A DNA stretch of 51,811 nt from Eledone cirrhosa. Lineage: Eukaryota. Below are positions 19,321 through 33,712 of this stretch, piece by piece. A program made the translations under genes and the position numbers. The DNA is taken from the NCBI GenBank assembly GCA_964016885.1, contig CAXHJY010000299.1, forward strand, positions 1 through 51,811, in the 5' to 3' direction. The first letter of the stretch is position 1, and each line of letters opens with the position of its first letter. The notes under the pieces are model-generated. The model saw only the letters and a program-made list of their open reading frames with translations, did not search any database and was not told where the DNA came from.

Positions 19321-19784
19321 GTTAACACGTAGAATCGCGTCAAACATTCACTCACACCAACAAAGTACCAAATACATTCTTATATATATGTATGTGAGTG
19401 TGAATTATATATATCTATATAGATTTATACATGTTCATACATAAATACACACATACATCTATAGATAAACAAACACATATGTTCACGTACATATATTTAC
19501 ATACATAGACACACACACACAAACTCTTCGCTGTGTTTTGGAGGGTTGCAGTAACTTATTTGAGATTCTGCTTATATATTTAAACAAAGAAAGGAAACTT
19601 AATGTTGTTGTTGTCGCAGTTGTAGTTATAGTCCCTGTTTCTGTTGTCGTTGTCGAGGAAGGTGTTATGTGGTAATGTAATACATTTTCAAGAGAAACAA
19701 CTTCAGGTTAATGATCCGAAGAGTTGCTTCCCTTGAAAAAAAAATCTATTTTTGTATATAAAATTATATAACTCTTTTAAATGA

Positions 19785-20572
19785 AATAATTGTTTCTATA
19801 TTTAGCACAAGACAAGCAACTATCTCAGTGAGTTACTGGTACTTTATTTTATGGACCCCGTAAGGATGGAAGGCAAAGTTTGAACTCAGATCGTAAAGGG
19901 ACGTAACTCTATATACTGCAAATCATGGCGTCCGACCCGCTACTGATACTGCCAATCCATCGCCCTCCACTTAAATGTATTATTTTTAAAGCGAATTGGC
20001 AGTATCGGTAGAGGGTTGGACGCCATGCTTTCTAGCATAGTTACGTCCCTTTACAGTCTGAGTTCAAATCCCACCGAGGTTAACTTTGCCTTTCATCCTT
20101 ACGGGGTCGATAAAATAAAGTACCAGTAATGTGCTGGTTAATTGCTGGCCTTGTGCCAAAAGTAGAAACAATTATTATAAACAAATGGGCGGTGGATTGG
20201 CAGAGGGTCTGACACCATGCTTTGCAGTAAAGAGTTACGGCCCTTTATGATATGAGTTCAAATCTAGCTGAGGTTAACTTTGCCTTTCATCCTTACGGGG
20301 TCCATAAAATAAAGTACCAGTAATGCACTGGATAATTGCTGGCCTTGTGCCAAAAGTAGAAGCAATATATATATAAAAGGGCGGTGGATTGGCAGTATCG
20401 ATAGAGGGTCGGATGCCATGCTTTGCAGCAAAGAGTTACGGCCCTTTATGGTCTGAGTTCAAATCCCGCCGAGGTTAACTTTGACTTTTAATCCTTACGG
20501 GGTCGATAAAATAAAACACCAGTAATGTACTAGGTAATTGCTGGCCTTGTGCCTAAAGAAGAAACAATTATT
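19785..20572. mobile_element. Cluster of four SINE family A copies (19785-19965 minus; 19990-20175, 20187-20366, 20379-20572 plus)
   Basis: Matches to the family consensus. Confidence 0.9.
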
Positions 20573-20624
20573 TTTGAAGGAACAATTATTCTAAACAAAC
20601 GGAGGGCCCAGGCACTGGCCGACC

Positions 20625-20760
20625 CGCTGCCTCGGCGGACAGAATAGGGAAGGAGTTTCCCAGGAGGATGGTGAGGGAGACACTTTGGAAGAGAGATTTC
20701 TGCTCGGGAAGAGACTCACAGCTGCGGGCAGCCAACTCCGTGCCTGTGGTATTGATTAGG
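20625..20760 (-). pseudogene. C-terminal fragment of a CRE-like (restriction-like endonuclease) non-LTR retrotransposon
   Basis: GTELAARSCESLPEQKSLFQSVSLTILLGNS resembles the LFQRxSxxxxRGN C-terminal motif; homologous to 44162-44270. Confidence 0.6.
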
Positions 20761-20895
20761 GACTGCCTCACACCAAAGTAACAGCATTTTTTGCAGGCAG
20801 TCCCCAAGCGAATGTTTAGTTTTAAATTTCAATATTCTATTATCTTCCATTCTATGTTTTGATTCAACGTAACCCTATTAAGCAATTCTACGGAC

Positions 20896-20969
20896 GTCAC
20901 CTGATGAGATCGTCATGTCTTGCATCATAATTCGATGATGGAGCTGGGCCTCCAAATATATATAGTGAT
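20896..20969 (+). ncRNA. Decayed hammerhead
   Basis: GTCAC-CTGATGA..CAAA(for GAAA)-TATATA-TA-GTGAT. Confidence 0.5.
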
Positions 20970-21046
20970 TTCATGGAATTAAATTTCTAAAGCAAAATTT
21001 TCCAGTTCTGTTATTGTCTAACACGCGCACACACCCGCACACACAC

Positions 21047-21080
<34 letters not shown>

Positions 21081-21220
21081 ACCAGTTCTTTGAATAAACA
21101 ACACCACATTTCGGTTCTTGGCATATCAGCGAATTAACAAGGTAAACACTATTCCACCATTGTTTTCCTGTTTTTTTCTCTTCAAGTTCTAGCTGGATAT
21201 CATGGATAAACAATATGCAA

Positions 21221-21420
21221 CAGCTATGACCTCATCCGACAGCTAGTATTTGAACTGAAAACAGAAAAACGTAACGATGGAACAACATTTCTTTCTATTA
21301 TTTCGATTTTATATATGCTCATCAAAAATAGAAATAACAGAAGTAAGCTTTATTCCTTTGTCAAATTCTAGCTCTCTGATGAGGTCATAACCGAAATATG
21401 TATTGCAATATGAATAAACG
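21221..21420 (+). repeat. Diverged inverted repeat with hammerhead core at 21376-21396
   Basis: CTGATGA-GGTCATAACC-GAAA; inverted copy at 21221-21255; stem I not evident. Confidence 0.45.
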
Positions 21421-21688
21421 AAATTAATTTTAACCTGTTGACTTACACTTCTTGTTTTATATATTTGTCTCTCTTTTCCTCTCTTTATGTTGCGTTACTA
21501 CCATGTTGTTTGTTCACTTTTCTCTGTCCCGATAACTTAATTTAGTTATCGCTCGCACTGATTTTAGGTATCTAGTCTTTAATGCGAAGAAATACCAATG
21601 AGAATCAGCAGACTACTGATGACGGACTTTTCTCGGTCTATTTTTATTCATATGTTCATATTCGCAACAACGTAGCACGCCATTTTTC

Positions 21689-21741
<53 letters not shown>

Positions 21742-21742
<1 letters not shown>

Positions 21743-21895
21743 AAAAGGTAAACAGAAATAACAACACAATCGGTACAGTATATGGAAGGGATATATTAGG
21801 TTAACGCTTGATATAGCAGCAAGAGGGTCTTAACGTTTCGGACGCTAGTCCTTTATCAGAAGAAAGAATGAGAAATAAGAGAGATTGACGGGACA
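21742..21895 (-). mobile_element. PLE-terminus-like element with hammerhead (21828-21864, core CTGATAA)
   Basis: Reverse complement of 25412-25565. Confidence 0.75.
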
Positions 21896-22189
21896 AGCGT
21901 GTTGGAATTGGAAAAAATATCTTTAGATAAAAATAACAGGTCCACTATGTGTGTGCGTGCGTGCATGTGTGTGTGTCTTTATTTTAAATCAAAGGTACAA
22001 GTTAAGAGCCAGGGAGGACATATGAGGCCGAGGGTGTCTCCCGCAACTAGGGTTGGAATTAGACCTTGGGTGGCCCGGAGCAGTTCCGGTTTGGGCGTCC
22101 CCCTTACATAAAAAAATTAGAATACACGGCAATGCTCCCGATTTTACATATCAAAGTTAGCTTGGCGCCAGTAATTGGAGTTGTAAATT

Positions 22190-22418
22190 TATACATTGAC
22201 AGTCGATTGACTTTCGTCAAATCGGACCGAGGAAACAATGTTTCCGTTGGTCTTTCGATTTACTAATACTCTCTATCGGTCGCAACCCCAGGTAGAAGGA
22301 GCAACGTGAAATAAAGTGTCTTGCTCAAGGACATGACGCATAGCCCGGTGTGGGAATTGAACTCACAATCTCATGATTGCGAATGCAATTCTCTAAACAC
22401 TCAGTCACGTGCCTTCAC
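22190..22418 (-). mobile_element. tRNA-derived SINE family B
   Basis: Minus GTCCTTGAGCAAGACACTTTA domain after a B-box-like motif; tail homologous to 43050-43105. Confidence 0.75.
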
Positions 22419-22454
22419 ACATACAGGTACTAAATTGAAAATCTGTAACCATCC

Positions 22455-23108
22455 TAACACAACACAACCACACACCAACACAACCACACACCACCAACAC
22501 CAACACACACACCGCCAACACCACCACACACACTACCCAACACCACCCAACACCCAACACCACCACCACCTAACACCACCCCAACACACCACGACCCATA
22601 ACCACACCACAACCACCACACAACACCACCCCAACACCACACCACAACCACACCTCAACCCCAACACCATACCCATACCACACCACCACACAACACCACA
22701 ACCACCACACAACACCACAACCACCACACACCACCACCCTACACCAGACCACAACCACCACCCCAACACCACACCACCACCCAACACCACACCACAACCA
22801 CCACACAACACCACAACCAGACCACAACAACACCCAACACCAACACTACACCACCCAACACCACACCACCCAACACCAACACCACACCGACATAAACACC
22901 AACGCCAACACCACCCAACACCACAACAACACCCAACACCACACCAACATCAACACCAACACCACACCACCCAACACCACACCAAACCACCCAACACCAC
23001 AAACACACCACAACAACACCCAACACCACAAGATCATCAACATCAACAAACACCACACCACACCACTCAACACCAACACCACAACCACCCAACACCACAC
23101 CACACCCC
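22455..23108. repeat. CA/CCA/CAA low-complexity tract
   Basis: Direct reading. Confidence 0.95.
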
Positions 23109-23639
23109 TACATTTCGTAGCTGCTAACGATCCTCTAATGGCTATGATTGGTCTTAATTGTACGGTGTCCTTGTCTCCATGGTGATAGTGGTATCTTGAC
23201 CCAGCCACCATTATGTGGTCAAATGAATGGACAATTGAAATTAGAACTATTTTGGTGTTGGGGGGGGGTCAGAGGGGCTGGGGGCTGTGTGTATGGGGGG
23301 TGAGAGGGACTGGGGTGGGTGTGAGAGGGACTGGGTGCGTGTGAGAGGGTCTGGGGGGGGGAGGCTGTGTATGTGTGTGTGTAACGAATGAGTTGTGTGT
23401 GAGTGTGTAACGGACGAGTTGTGTGTGAGTGTGTAACGGACGAGTTGTGTGTGCGTGTGTATGGGATGGGCTGTGTATGTGGTGCGTGTGTGTGTGTGTG
23501 TGTGTGTGTGGTGGATATGCATGTATGTATGTGTAACTCTTCTACCTTTATATCAGTGTAAATTTGTATGTATGTATGTATACAAGTATATATACATGCG
23601 TGTCCATATGCATCTATTAATGCACACCTCTATACATAA

Positions 23640-23658
23640 TACACACACACACATATAT

Positions 23659-23699
<41 letters not shown>

Positions 23700-24126
23700 G
23701 ACACACACATATATATATACAGACACATATATACACACACACACACACATATATATACAGACACATATATACACACACACACACACATATATATACAGAC
23801 ACATATATACACACACACACACACATATATATACAGACACATATATACACACACACACACACATATATATACAGACACATATATACACACACACACACAC
23901 ATATATATACAGACACATATATACACACACACACACACATATATATACAGACACATATATACACACACACACACACATATATATACAGACACATATATAC
24001 ACACACACACACACATATATATACAGACACATATATACACACACACACACACACATACATATATATACAGACACATATATACACACACACACACACATAC
24101 ATATATATACAGACACATATATACAC

Positions 24127-24221
<95 letters not shown>

Positions 24222-24230
24222 CGTGTGTGT
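23640..24230. repeat. 38-bp higher-order CA/TA minisatellite
   Basis: CAGACACATATATACACACACACACACACATATATATA repeated about 11 times. Confidence 0.92.
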
Positions 24231-24336
24231 GTTGTGTGTGTAGTAGCATATATTTGTATGTATGTATTATTTATCTATATATGTACGTACATATGTTTGA
24301 GTACATACACATTTTACCATGAATAAGCGTCTGTAC

Positions 24337-24384
<48 letters not shown>

Positions 24385-25254
24385 ACTGTGTATATATATA
24401 TTTACTGTGTAAGTATACATAAATATATATATATATATACACAGTATATATATATGTATATAATCCAGCATGGCGATGGTGTATTTAACATATAATATTT
24501 TCAATTTCTTTTAACAAGATGTCTGCCATTAATATGGCGCTTGGTCTGACATAATAGCACGTCTGTCCAGTCCAGACTACAATTATAAAGAAACTTAACA
24601 AGTTAAAAGTCTGAAAATCATCTTTCAATATTTCAAATAGTTCGAAAGACAAATTAAATTAAGCGTATAACAATGTTAGTATGTGAGAATTTTGGAATCA
24701 ATTGGATATTGATTACATTCTAAATTTAGAAAAATATAACTTTCAATGGTTGACTTCGCCGCCATTTTGTTTAAATATAATTTGAGTATTTTTAATCCAG
24801 AAACTTTGAGACCAGGCCATTGATCGACCACGGGAAAAAAGGGACGAGAAATAAAAATGAGTTCGACCCTGTGAGTGTGAGTGGGCTGGTGAAACTCCAG
24901 AAAATCAAGACTAACTACCTAGCCATAATAAATGAATACTTATACTCTACTTCAGTATTGAGCAGTCGCTTTGGCTGTTAACTAGATACGAATATATATA
25001 TATATATATCATGAGACACGATCGATGTAATGATCGAACCTGACTCTGAAATCGCAAGGTCGTCAGATACGTCTTGATTCTACGAAGCAGAGTTTCCAAA
25101 ATGGTGGCCAGAGAAACGATTGTAATATGTCTAATAAATTTTATTCGTCGCTACACTGATTCTCCGTTTCTTATGTCATATGATACTCTGCTCTGTCACA
25201 GCACCGAGTGCTCAAACGGCCTACTGCATACGGACGCTTTAAGCATTCCACACC

Positions 25255-25304
<50 letters not shown>

Positions 25305-25444
25305 CAAGTAGACGCGCTCAATCATCCACTATTCTAGAAAAATAAATCATACTCAAAACGCCAGCATCAACAGTTTTCCACATGTCAACATGAATGGACC
25401 TGTTATTTATTATCGTCCCTTCAATCAATCTTATCTCTCATTCT

Positions 25445-25482
25445 TTCTTCTGATGAAGGACTAGCGTCCGAAATATTAAGAA
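25445..25482 (+). ncRNA. Minimal hammerhead ribozyme
   Basis: TTCTT-CTGATGA-AGGACTAGCGTCC-GAAA-TA-TT-AAGAA. Confidence 0.82.
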
Positions 25483-25739
25483 CCTCTTCCTGCTATGTCA
25501 AGCATTAAACTAATATATTCCTTCCATATACTGTAACGATTGTGTTGTTATTTCTGTTTACCTTATATATATATATAAGTACTAGCATTGATAAATATGC
25601 TGGGTCCGTCAACCCTTATTATATATATATATAATACATATTTAAAAGTTAAACAAGGTTCAATGAATAAATCAATGAATAAAGTTTTACAATAGATTAG
25701 AAGGACTCCACAGTCATGGTTTTCCGGAGTTATTAATAT

Positions 25740-25941
25740 TAATTCAAAATATTAACAAATATAGACATTCATGTCATCAAGTATATTTTATTATACATAT
25801 TTCAGAGGTACTGAGCTATCTTCAACAGTACATCCTCATCAGATAAAATTAAGATGATGTTGAAGATAGCTCAGTACCTCTGAAATATGTATAATAAAAT
25901 ATACTTGATCACATGAATGTCTCTTATTTGTTAATATTTTG

Positions 25942-25946
<5 letters not shown>
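25740..25946. repeat. Inverted repeat (88-bp arms, 30-nt spacer) containing a minus-strand hammerhead at 25786-25848
   Basis: Minus TTTTAT-CTGATGA-(GTACTG/CAGTAC)-GAAA-TATGTA-TA-ATAAAA. Confidence 0.88.
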
Positions 25947-26005
<59 letters not shown>

Positions 26006-26078
26006 AGGAAGCTCCAACCGTTAAGGTTATCTTTTTTCAGGGTATGTCAATATTTATTTATAAAACAAATCTGTATTG

Positions 26079-26144
26079 TATTTTATCTGATGAAAGCGCA
26101 CCATAATTTTCCTTGATGGCCCTTGAAATATGTATAATAAAATA
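26079..26144 (+). ncRNA. Hammerhead ribozyme in element 26003-26172
   Basis: TATTTTAT-CTGATGA-AAG..CTT-GAAA-TATGTA-TA-ATAAAATA. Confidence 0.75.
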
Positions 26145-26168
26145 AATATAGTTTCCATTTGTTAATAT

Positions 26169-26210
<42 letters not shown>

Positions 26211-26214
26211 TATA

Positions 26215-26460
26215 TTCCTATGTTTTTTTTCTGATGATTTCCTTCGAATAAAATAGTTCTAGTCTTGTAGAAGCCATCCCTATATTAAACTTGTTGTATG
26301 GACACTACTTATGTATTGAGTACCTTACTGTGGTTACCCCCGATTGAACCCGGGACACACAGAGAGAGACATACGCGCGCGTGTGTGTGTGTGTGTCCCA
26401 GGTTCAATCGGGGGTAACCACAGTAAGGTACTCAATACATAAGTAGTGTCCATACAACAA
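26215..26460. mobile_element. Decayed-hammerhead element with tail-to-tail inverted duplicate
   Basis: 26291-26360 inverted at 26391-26460; family copies at 29480-29600 and 42290-42407. Confidence 0.8.
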
Positions 26461-26464
26461 TATT

Positions 26465-26520
<56 letters not shown>

Positions 26521-26524
<4 letters not shown>

Positions 26525-26710
26525 TGGAAGCGGTAAAAACCGGTTAGACTATTATTCACCAGAGTACTCGGTACTTGGGGTGGGTAGAGTGGGAAATATG
26601 AAAAAAAAATCGGGAGCCCGACGGCTGATCTCGTGTCGTTTCAATAGCTAGATCTGAACTCTAGCTGTTGAAACGGTAGGAGCTCAACCGTCGGGCTCCC
26701 CAAATCTTCC

Positions 26711-26715
<5 letters not shown>
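26521..26715 (-). mobile_element. Palindrome-plus-tail element related to 15249
   Basis: Arms 26612-26700; GAAA-CGGT..ACCG-TC half-ribozyme. Confidence 0.7.
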
Positions 26716-26734
<19 letters not shown>

Positions 26735-26742
<8 letters not shown>

Positions 26743-27089
26743 AAGTTAAATAAAAGTCAAATGATTAAAATTTAGCTTCGTTTATTACTGCTATATATAT
26801 TTCAGTGACAGCCATCTTTGGCTGTGACCTCTTCAGGCAGTTTGAATTAGTATGGTATAGACAAGTACATATGTCTATACCATACTAATTCAAACTGCCT
26901 GAAGAGGTCACAGCCAAAGATGGCTGTCACTGAAATATATATAGCAGTAATAAACGAAGCTAAATTTTAATCATTTGACTTTTATTTAACTTTATTTTAC
27001 ACTACTCCGGAGTAACCAAACCAACCTGCGCACTTCGTCGAGTGCTCCAGCCTGCATACTGAGGTGTTGGTATACAACCAACATAAACT

Positions 27090-27093
<4 letters not shown>
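26735..27093 (+). mobile_element. ~265-bp palindrome plus tail with two intact hammerheads (26787-26841 minus, 26894-26948 plus)
   Basis: ACTGC-CTGAAGA-(ACAGCCA/TGGCTGT)-GAAA-TATATA-TA-GCAGT; same sequence is the PLE terminus at 33713. Confidence 0.92.
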
Positions 27094-27132
<39 letters not shown>

Positions 27133-27136
<4 letters not shown>

Positions 27137-27313
27137 AACCAGTAAGACCCCGACAGCTGAGCTCAAGCCGTTTCGACGGCTAGAATTAGCCGTCGAAACG
27201 GCTTGAGCTCAGCTGTCGGGGTCTTACTGGTTCCTATTACCCACTCAACTACCTCAAGTATTGAGTACTTTGGTGCGTTATGGTCCACCTGGTTCCTTAC
27301 CACATTTCCTTCG

Positions 27314-27315
<2 letters not shown>
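27133..27315 (+). mobile_element. Palindrome-plus-tail element (15249 family)
   Basis: Arms 27133-27237 with GAAT loop. Confidence 0.85.
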
Positions 27316-27354
<39 letters not shown>

Positions 27355-27500
27355 ATATGCAAGTTTTTTGATATGAAATCGTGTGTCGAAACAAATATTG
27401 TTATACTTGTGGAGGGTCATATTGTTATAATATTGCCAGAAATAATAACAGAACACACTCAAAGTTTGGTTGGTTTTCGCTTCTGTATCTGTTATATATG

Positions 27501-27537
<37 letters not shown>

Positions 27538-27538
<1 letters not shown>

Positions 27539-28253
27539 CACAATATGTTGAAAAGGTAATACACTAGAGAGAAGTACAGTGCGCCATCAATAAAACAGGG
27601 AAAAACCACCAGTGTGGTTTATCTATAACCTATGAAAGCTCAGAATTTCCTCTCCTTTGAGCACATTATTTACAGGGAACGGCGAGTGTCTATGGCTCCG
27701 TTAATGTATCGTGATATTTCGCTCCTTATAACAGTCTTTCCTCTCTCTCTGTTTGGTTGAGCACACTTCTCTGAGTGGTCTAGGGCTGCCCTTTCTAGCA
27801 GCTCGTCCCTCAGAGGCCACTGGTTCACTGCCCTTAAACACGCTGTGACTTATCTCTCCCACGTGTAGCTGGACAGTCGCTTTAAAAATTTCTCTTAGTG
27901 TTGTCCGAAATGTATGGCCTTACACACGCTGATGAACCTGGGTTATTTCATTTCTGTCAACAGCTTACTGGCGAAACAGATCACTTTGGATTTGTACGTG
28001 TGTTATATAGTTATAGAGGTATTTATTTACGCTTTAATTTATATTTTTAATTATCGTGTCTATATTCTGCCTTTCATAGGTTATAGACTCCATACACTGG
28101 TGGTTTTTCCCTGTTTTATTGATGGCGCACTGTATATCTCTCTCTGGTGCGTTACCTTTTCAACATATTGTATTTTAAAGTGCTCATGATTTCCTCTCCT
28201 TTAAGCACATTATTTACAGGGAATGGCGAGAGTCTATTGCTCCGTTAATGTAT

Positions 28254-28261
<8 letters not shown>
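27538..28261 (+). mobile_element. Retrozyme-like non-coding element: 5' inverted segment plus partial tandem of ~544-bp unit
   Basis: 27538-27638 inverted at 28071-28173; 27638-27717 repeated directly at 28182-28261; internal hammerhead; (TA)n flanks. Confidence 0.75.
27922..28003 (+). ncRNA. Type I hammerhead ribozyme with full stem III
   Basis: ACACACG-CTGATGA..GAAA-CAGATC..GATTTG-TA-CGTGTGT; 7-bp stem I. Confidence 0.87.
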
Positions 28262-28322
<61 letters not shown>

Positions 28323-28324
<2 letters not shown>

Positions 28325-28542
28325 TATTAAAATAACAGATTAAAGTTTAAGCAAAGAATCGCTGCTTTCACCGTTAACGGGATCTTCAGAAGATACCGTT
28401 AAGGGTGAAAGCAGCGATTCTTTGGTTAAACTTTAATCTGTTATTTTAATAAATATTTGCCCTACGGTTCTTATATATTTGATATATGTTTATCCTTATC
28501 GAGCCCTCTTTGGATTTTAGTCTTCAAATTTATTATTATTAC
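28323..28542 (+). mobile_element. Palindrome (28323-28453) plus tail, axis at a hammerhead CTGAAGA box
   Basis: Centre TCTTC-A-GAAGA; family copy at 42458-42562. Confidence 0.85.
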
Positions 28543-28569
<27 letters not shown>

Positions 28570-28575
<6 letters not shown>

Positions 28576-28951
28576 GTGAGGTTATTTTTACAAAATGAAA
28601 AATAACTGAGGTGTCCTACACGAGTGAAAGTATAAAGAAAAAGAGATGAAATCGAAAATGCAACTGGAGTCTTATTTAAAAAAAATATATATATATTCAT
28701 TTGGTTCCTTTACCGGTTTCGCAGTTCTTCTGCTTTTCAAAAGGTGAGTTGAGATGGAGGGTCTGTGGTTTTTCTCACATCAGATGGAGGGTCTGTGGTT
28801 TTTCTCACAGATGTGAGAAAAACCACAGACCCTCCATCTCAACTCACCTTTTGAAAAGCAGAAGAACTGCGAAACCGGTTAAGGAACCAAATAAATATAT
28901 ATATTTAAAAAAAAAATAAGACTCCAGTTGCATTTTAGATTTCATCTCTTT

Positions 28952-28960
<9 letters not shown>
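28570..28960 (-). mobile_element. Palindrome plus tail with variant hammerheads (28707-28744 minus, 28847-28884 plus)
   Basis: CCTT-TTGAAAA-GCAG/CTGC-GAAA-CCGG-TA(TT)-AAGG; ~29-bp duplication near the axis; longer copy at 37656-38060. Confidence 0.87.
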
Positions 28961-28984
<24 letters not shown>

Positions 28985-28988
<4 letters not shown>

Positions 28989-29411
28989 TAAACGGAATAG
29001 AAAATGCTGACAAATTGTTCACAGTTGAAAAATGGTTTAATTAGGAATAAAAGAGTATTAGTGATTGTATGGGTTAGTATTCAGTTGTGGTTTTAAGTTT
29101 TTAAGTTTTTACCGGTTGCGCATTTCTAAATGCTTTTCAAAAATAATTTTGAGATAGAGTGTCCGTGCTGTTTGCTCTGATCAGAGCAAACAGCACGGAC
29201 ACTCTATCTCAAAATTATTTTTGAAAAGCATTTAGAAATGCGCAACCGGTAAAAACTTAAAAACTTAAAACCACAACTGAATACTAACCCATACAATCAC
29301 TAATACTCTTTTATTCCTAATTAAACCATTTTTCAACTGTGAACAATTTGTCAGCATTTTCTATTCCGTTTACCAATATATAATAACTTGTGTGTTACAC
29401 CTCTATTCTTT

Positions 29412-29415
<4 letters not shown>
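28985..29415 (+). mobile_element. Spacerless palindrome (196-bp arms, axis 29180/29181) plus tail; pLTR of the 35652 PLE family
   Basis: Arms 28985-29180 and 29181-29376; matches 35386-35610 and 37433-37605. Confidence 0.93.
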
Positions 29416-29473
<58 letters not shown>

Positions 29474-30207
29474 TATATAATTTGCTTCGAATGAAACATT
29501 TCTAGTCCTGTAAAAGCCACATCTATATTAAAAGATTTATACTCTGCTATGTATTGAGTATCTTACTTACTGTGGGTTACCCCCGATTGAACCCGGGATA
29601 CACCCACCCACCCACCCATATATATACATATATATATATATATAACTAACAGAACAGCATTCATCACCAGCACAGCAAACAGCAATAGCAACAACATCAT
29701 CATCATTATATATAATCTACATGAAACACAGCAATAACAGCAACAGCATCATAACCATCATCACCATTAACAACATCACCATCATCGCCATTATAATCCT
29801 AATACAACAACAACAACAACAACAACAGCAGCAACAACAACATTTGCAATGGGTGGAGCTCCAGCTATCAATGTATTTAAAACTACAGAAAGTACGGAAA
29901 GCTGGCGTGATTTAAAATGCTGCAATTGTCTGTTTCATATTGCACTCTAAAGACAGGTTGCAGTGTAAGTGCAGCCAGCACGCTAGCATTGATTGAACAT
30001 CAAAGAGCCGACTGCAATGAAGATGCATTAGTGTTGTTATGCTGCATTTGACAGCGCAGTAGAGAAGACTGTCGGTGCGTGTGTTTGATGCAAGAAATGG
30101 AATGATTGCAGTAAGTTCTCTTAGTACATTGCTCTTTAGTATTACACATATATTTGCATACAGCTGCAGAATTGAGATTACTAACGGACGGACGGACACA
30201 TACACAC

Positions 30208-30252
<45 letters not shown>

Positions 30253-30670
30253 ATAATTGTTTCTACTTTTGGCACAAGGCCAGCAATTACCCAGTACATT
30301 ACTGGTACTTTATTTTATCGACCCCGTAAGGATGAAAGGCAAAGTTAACCTCGGCGGGATTTGAACTCAGAATGGCAAGGGCCGTAACTCTATGCGTCAA
30401 AGCATGGCGTCCGACCCTAATAATATTCATTCATTAACCCTTAGTTACTTATCCGGCCCAAACCGGCTCTGGTTCTATGAAATAAAATGACCAATTAAAG
30501 GTTTCCAATTTAATTAAAAATCTTCCAGTATAATTTTATATAGGAACAATACATGAAGTAACTATATTGGTAATAAAATAATTGTTTCTACTTTTGGCAC
30601 AAGACCAGCAATTATCCCATTGCATCACTGGTACTTTATTTTACCGATTCCGTAAGGATGAAATGCAAAA
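30253..30670 (-). mobile_element. Two partial SINE family A copies (30253-30418, 30578-30670) around a TTAACCC MITE-like fragment
   Basis: Matches to SINE consensus; 30434 begins TTAACCCTTAG..ATCCGGCC. Confidence 0.8.
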
Positions 30671-30681
30671 TAAAATAATAT

Positions 30682-33712
<3,031 letters not shown>

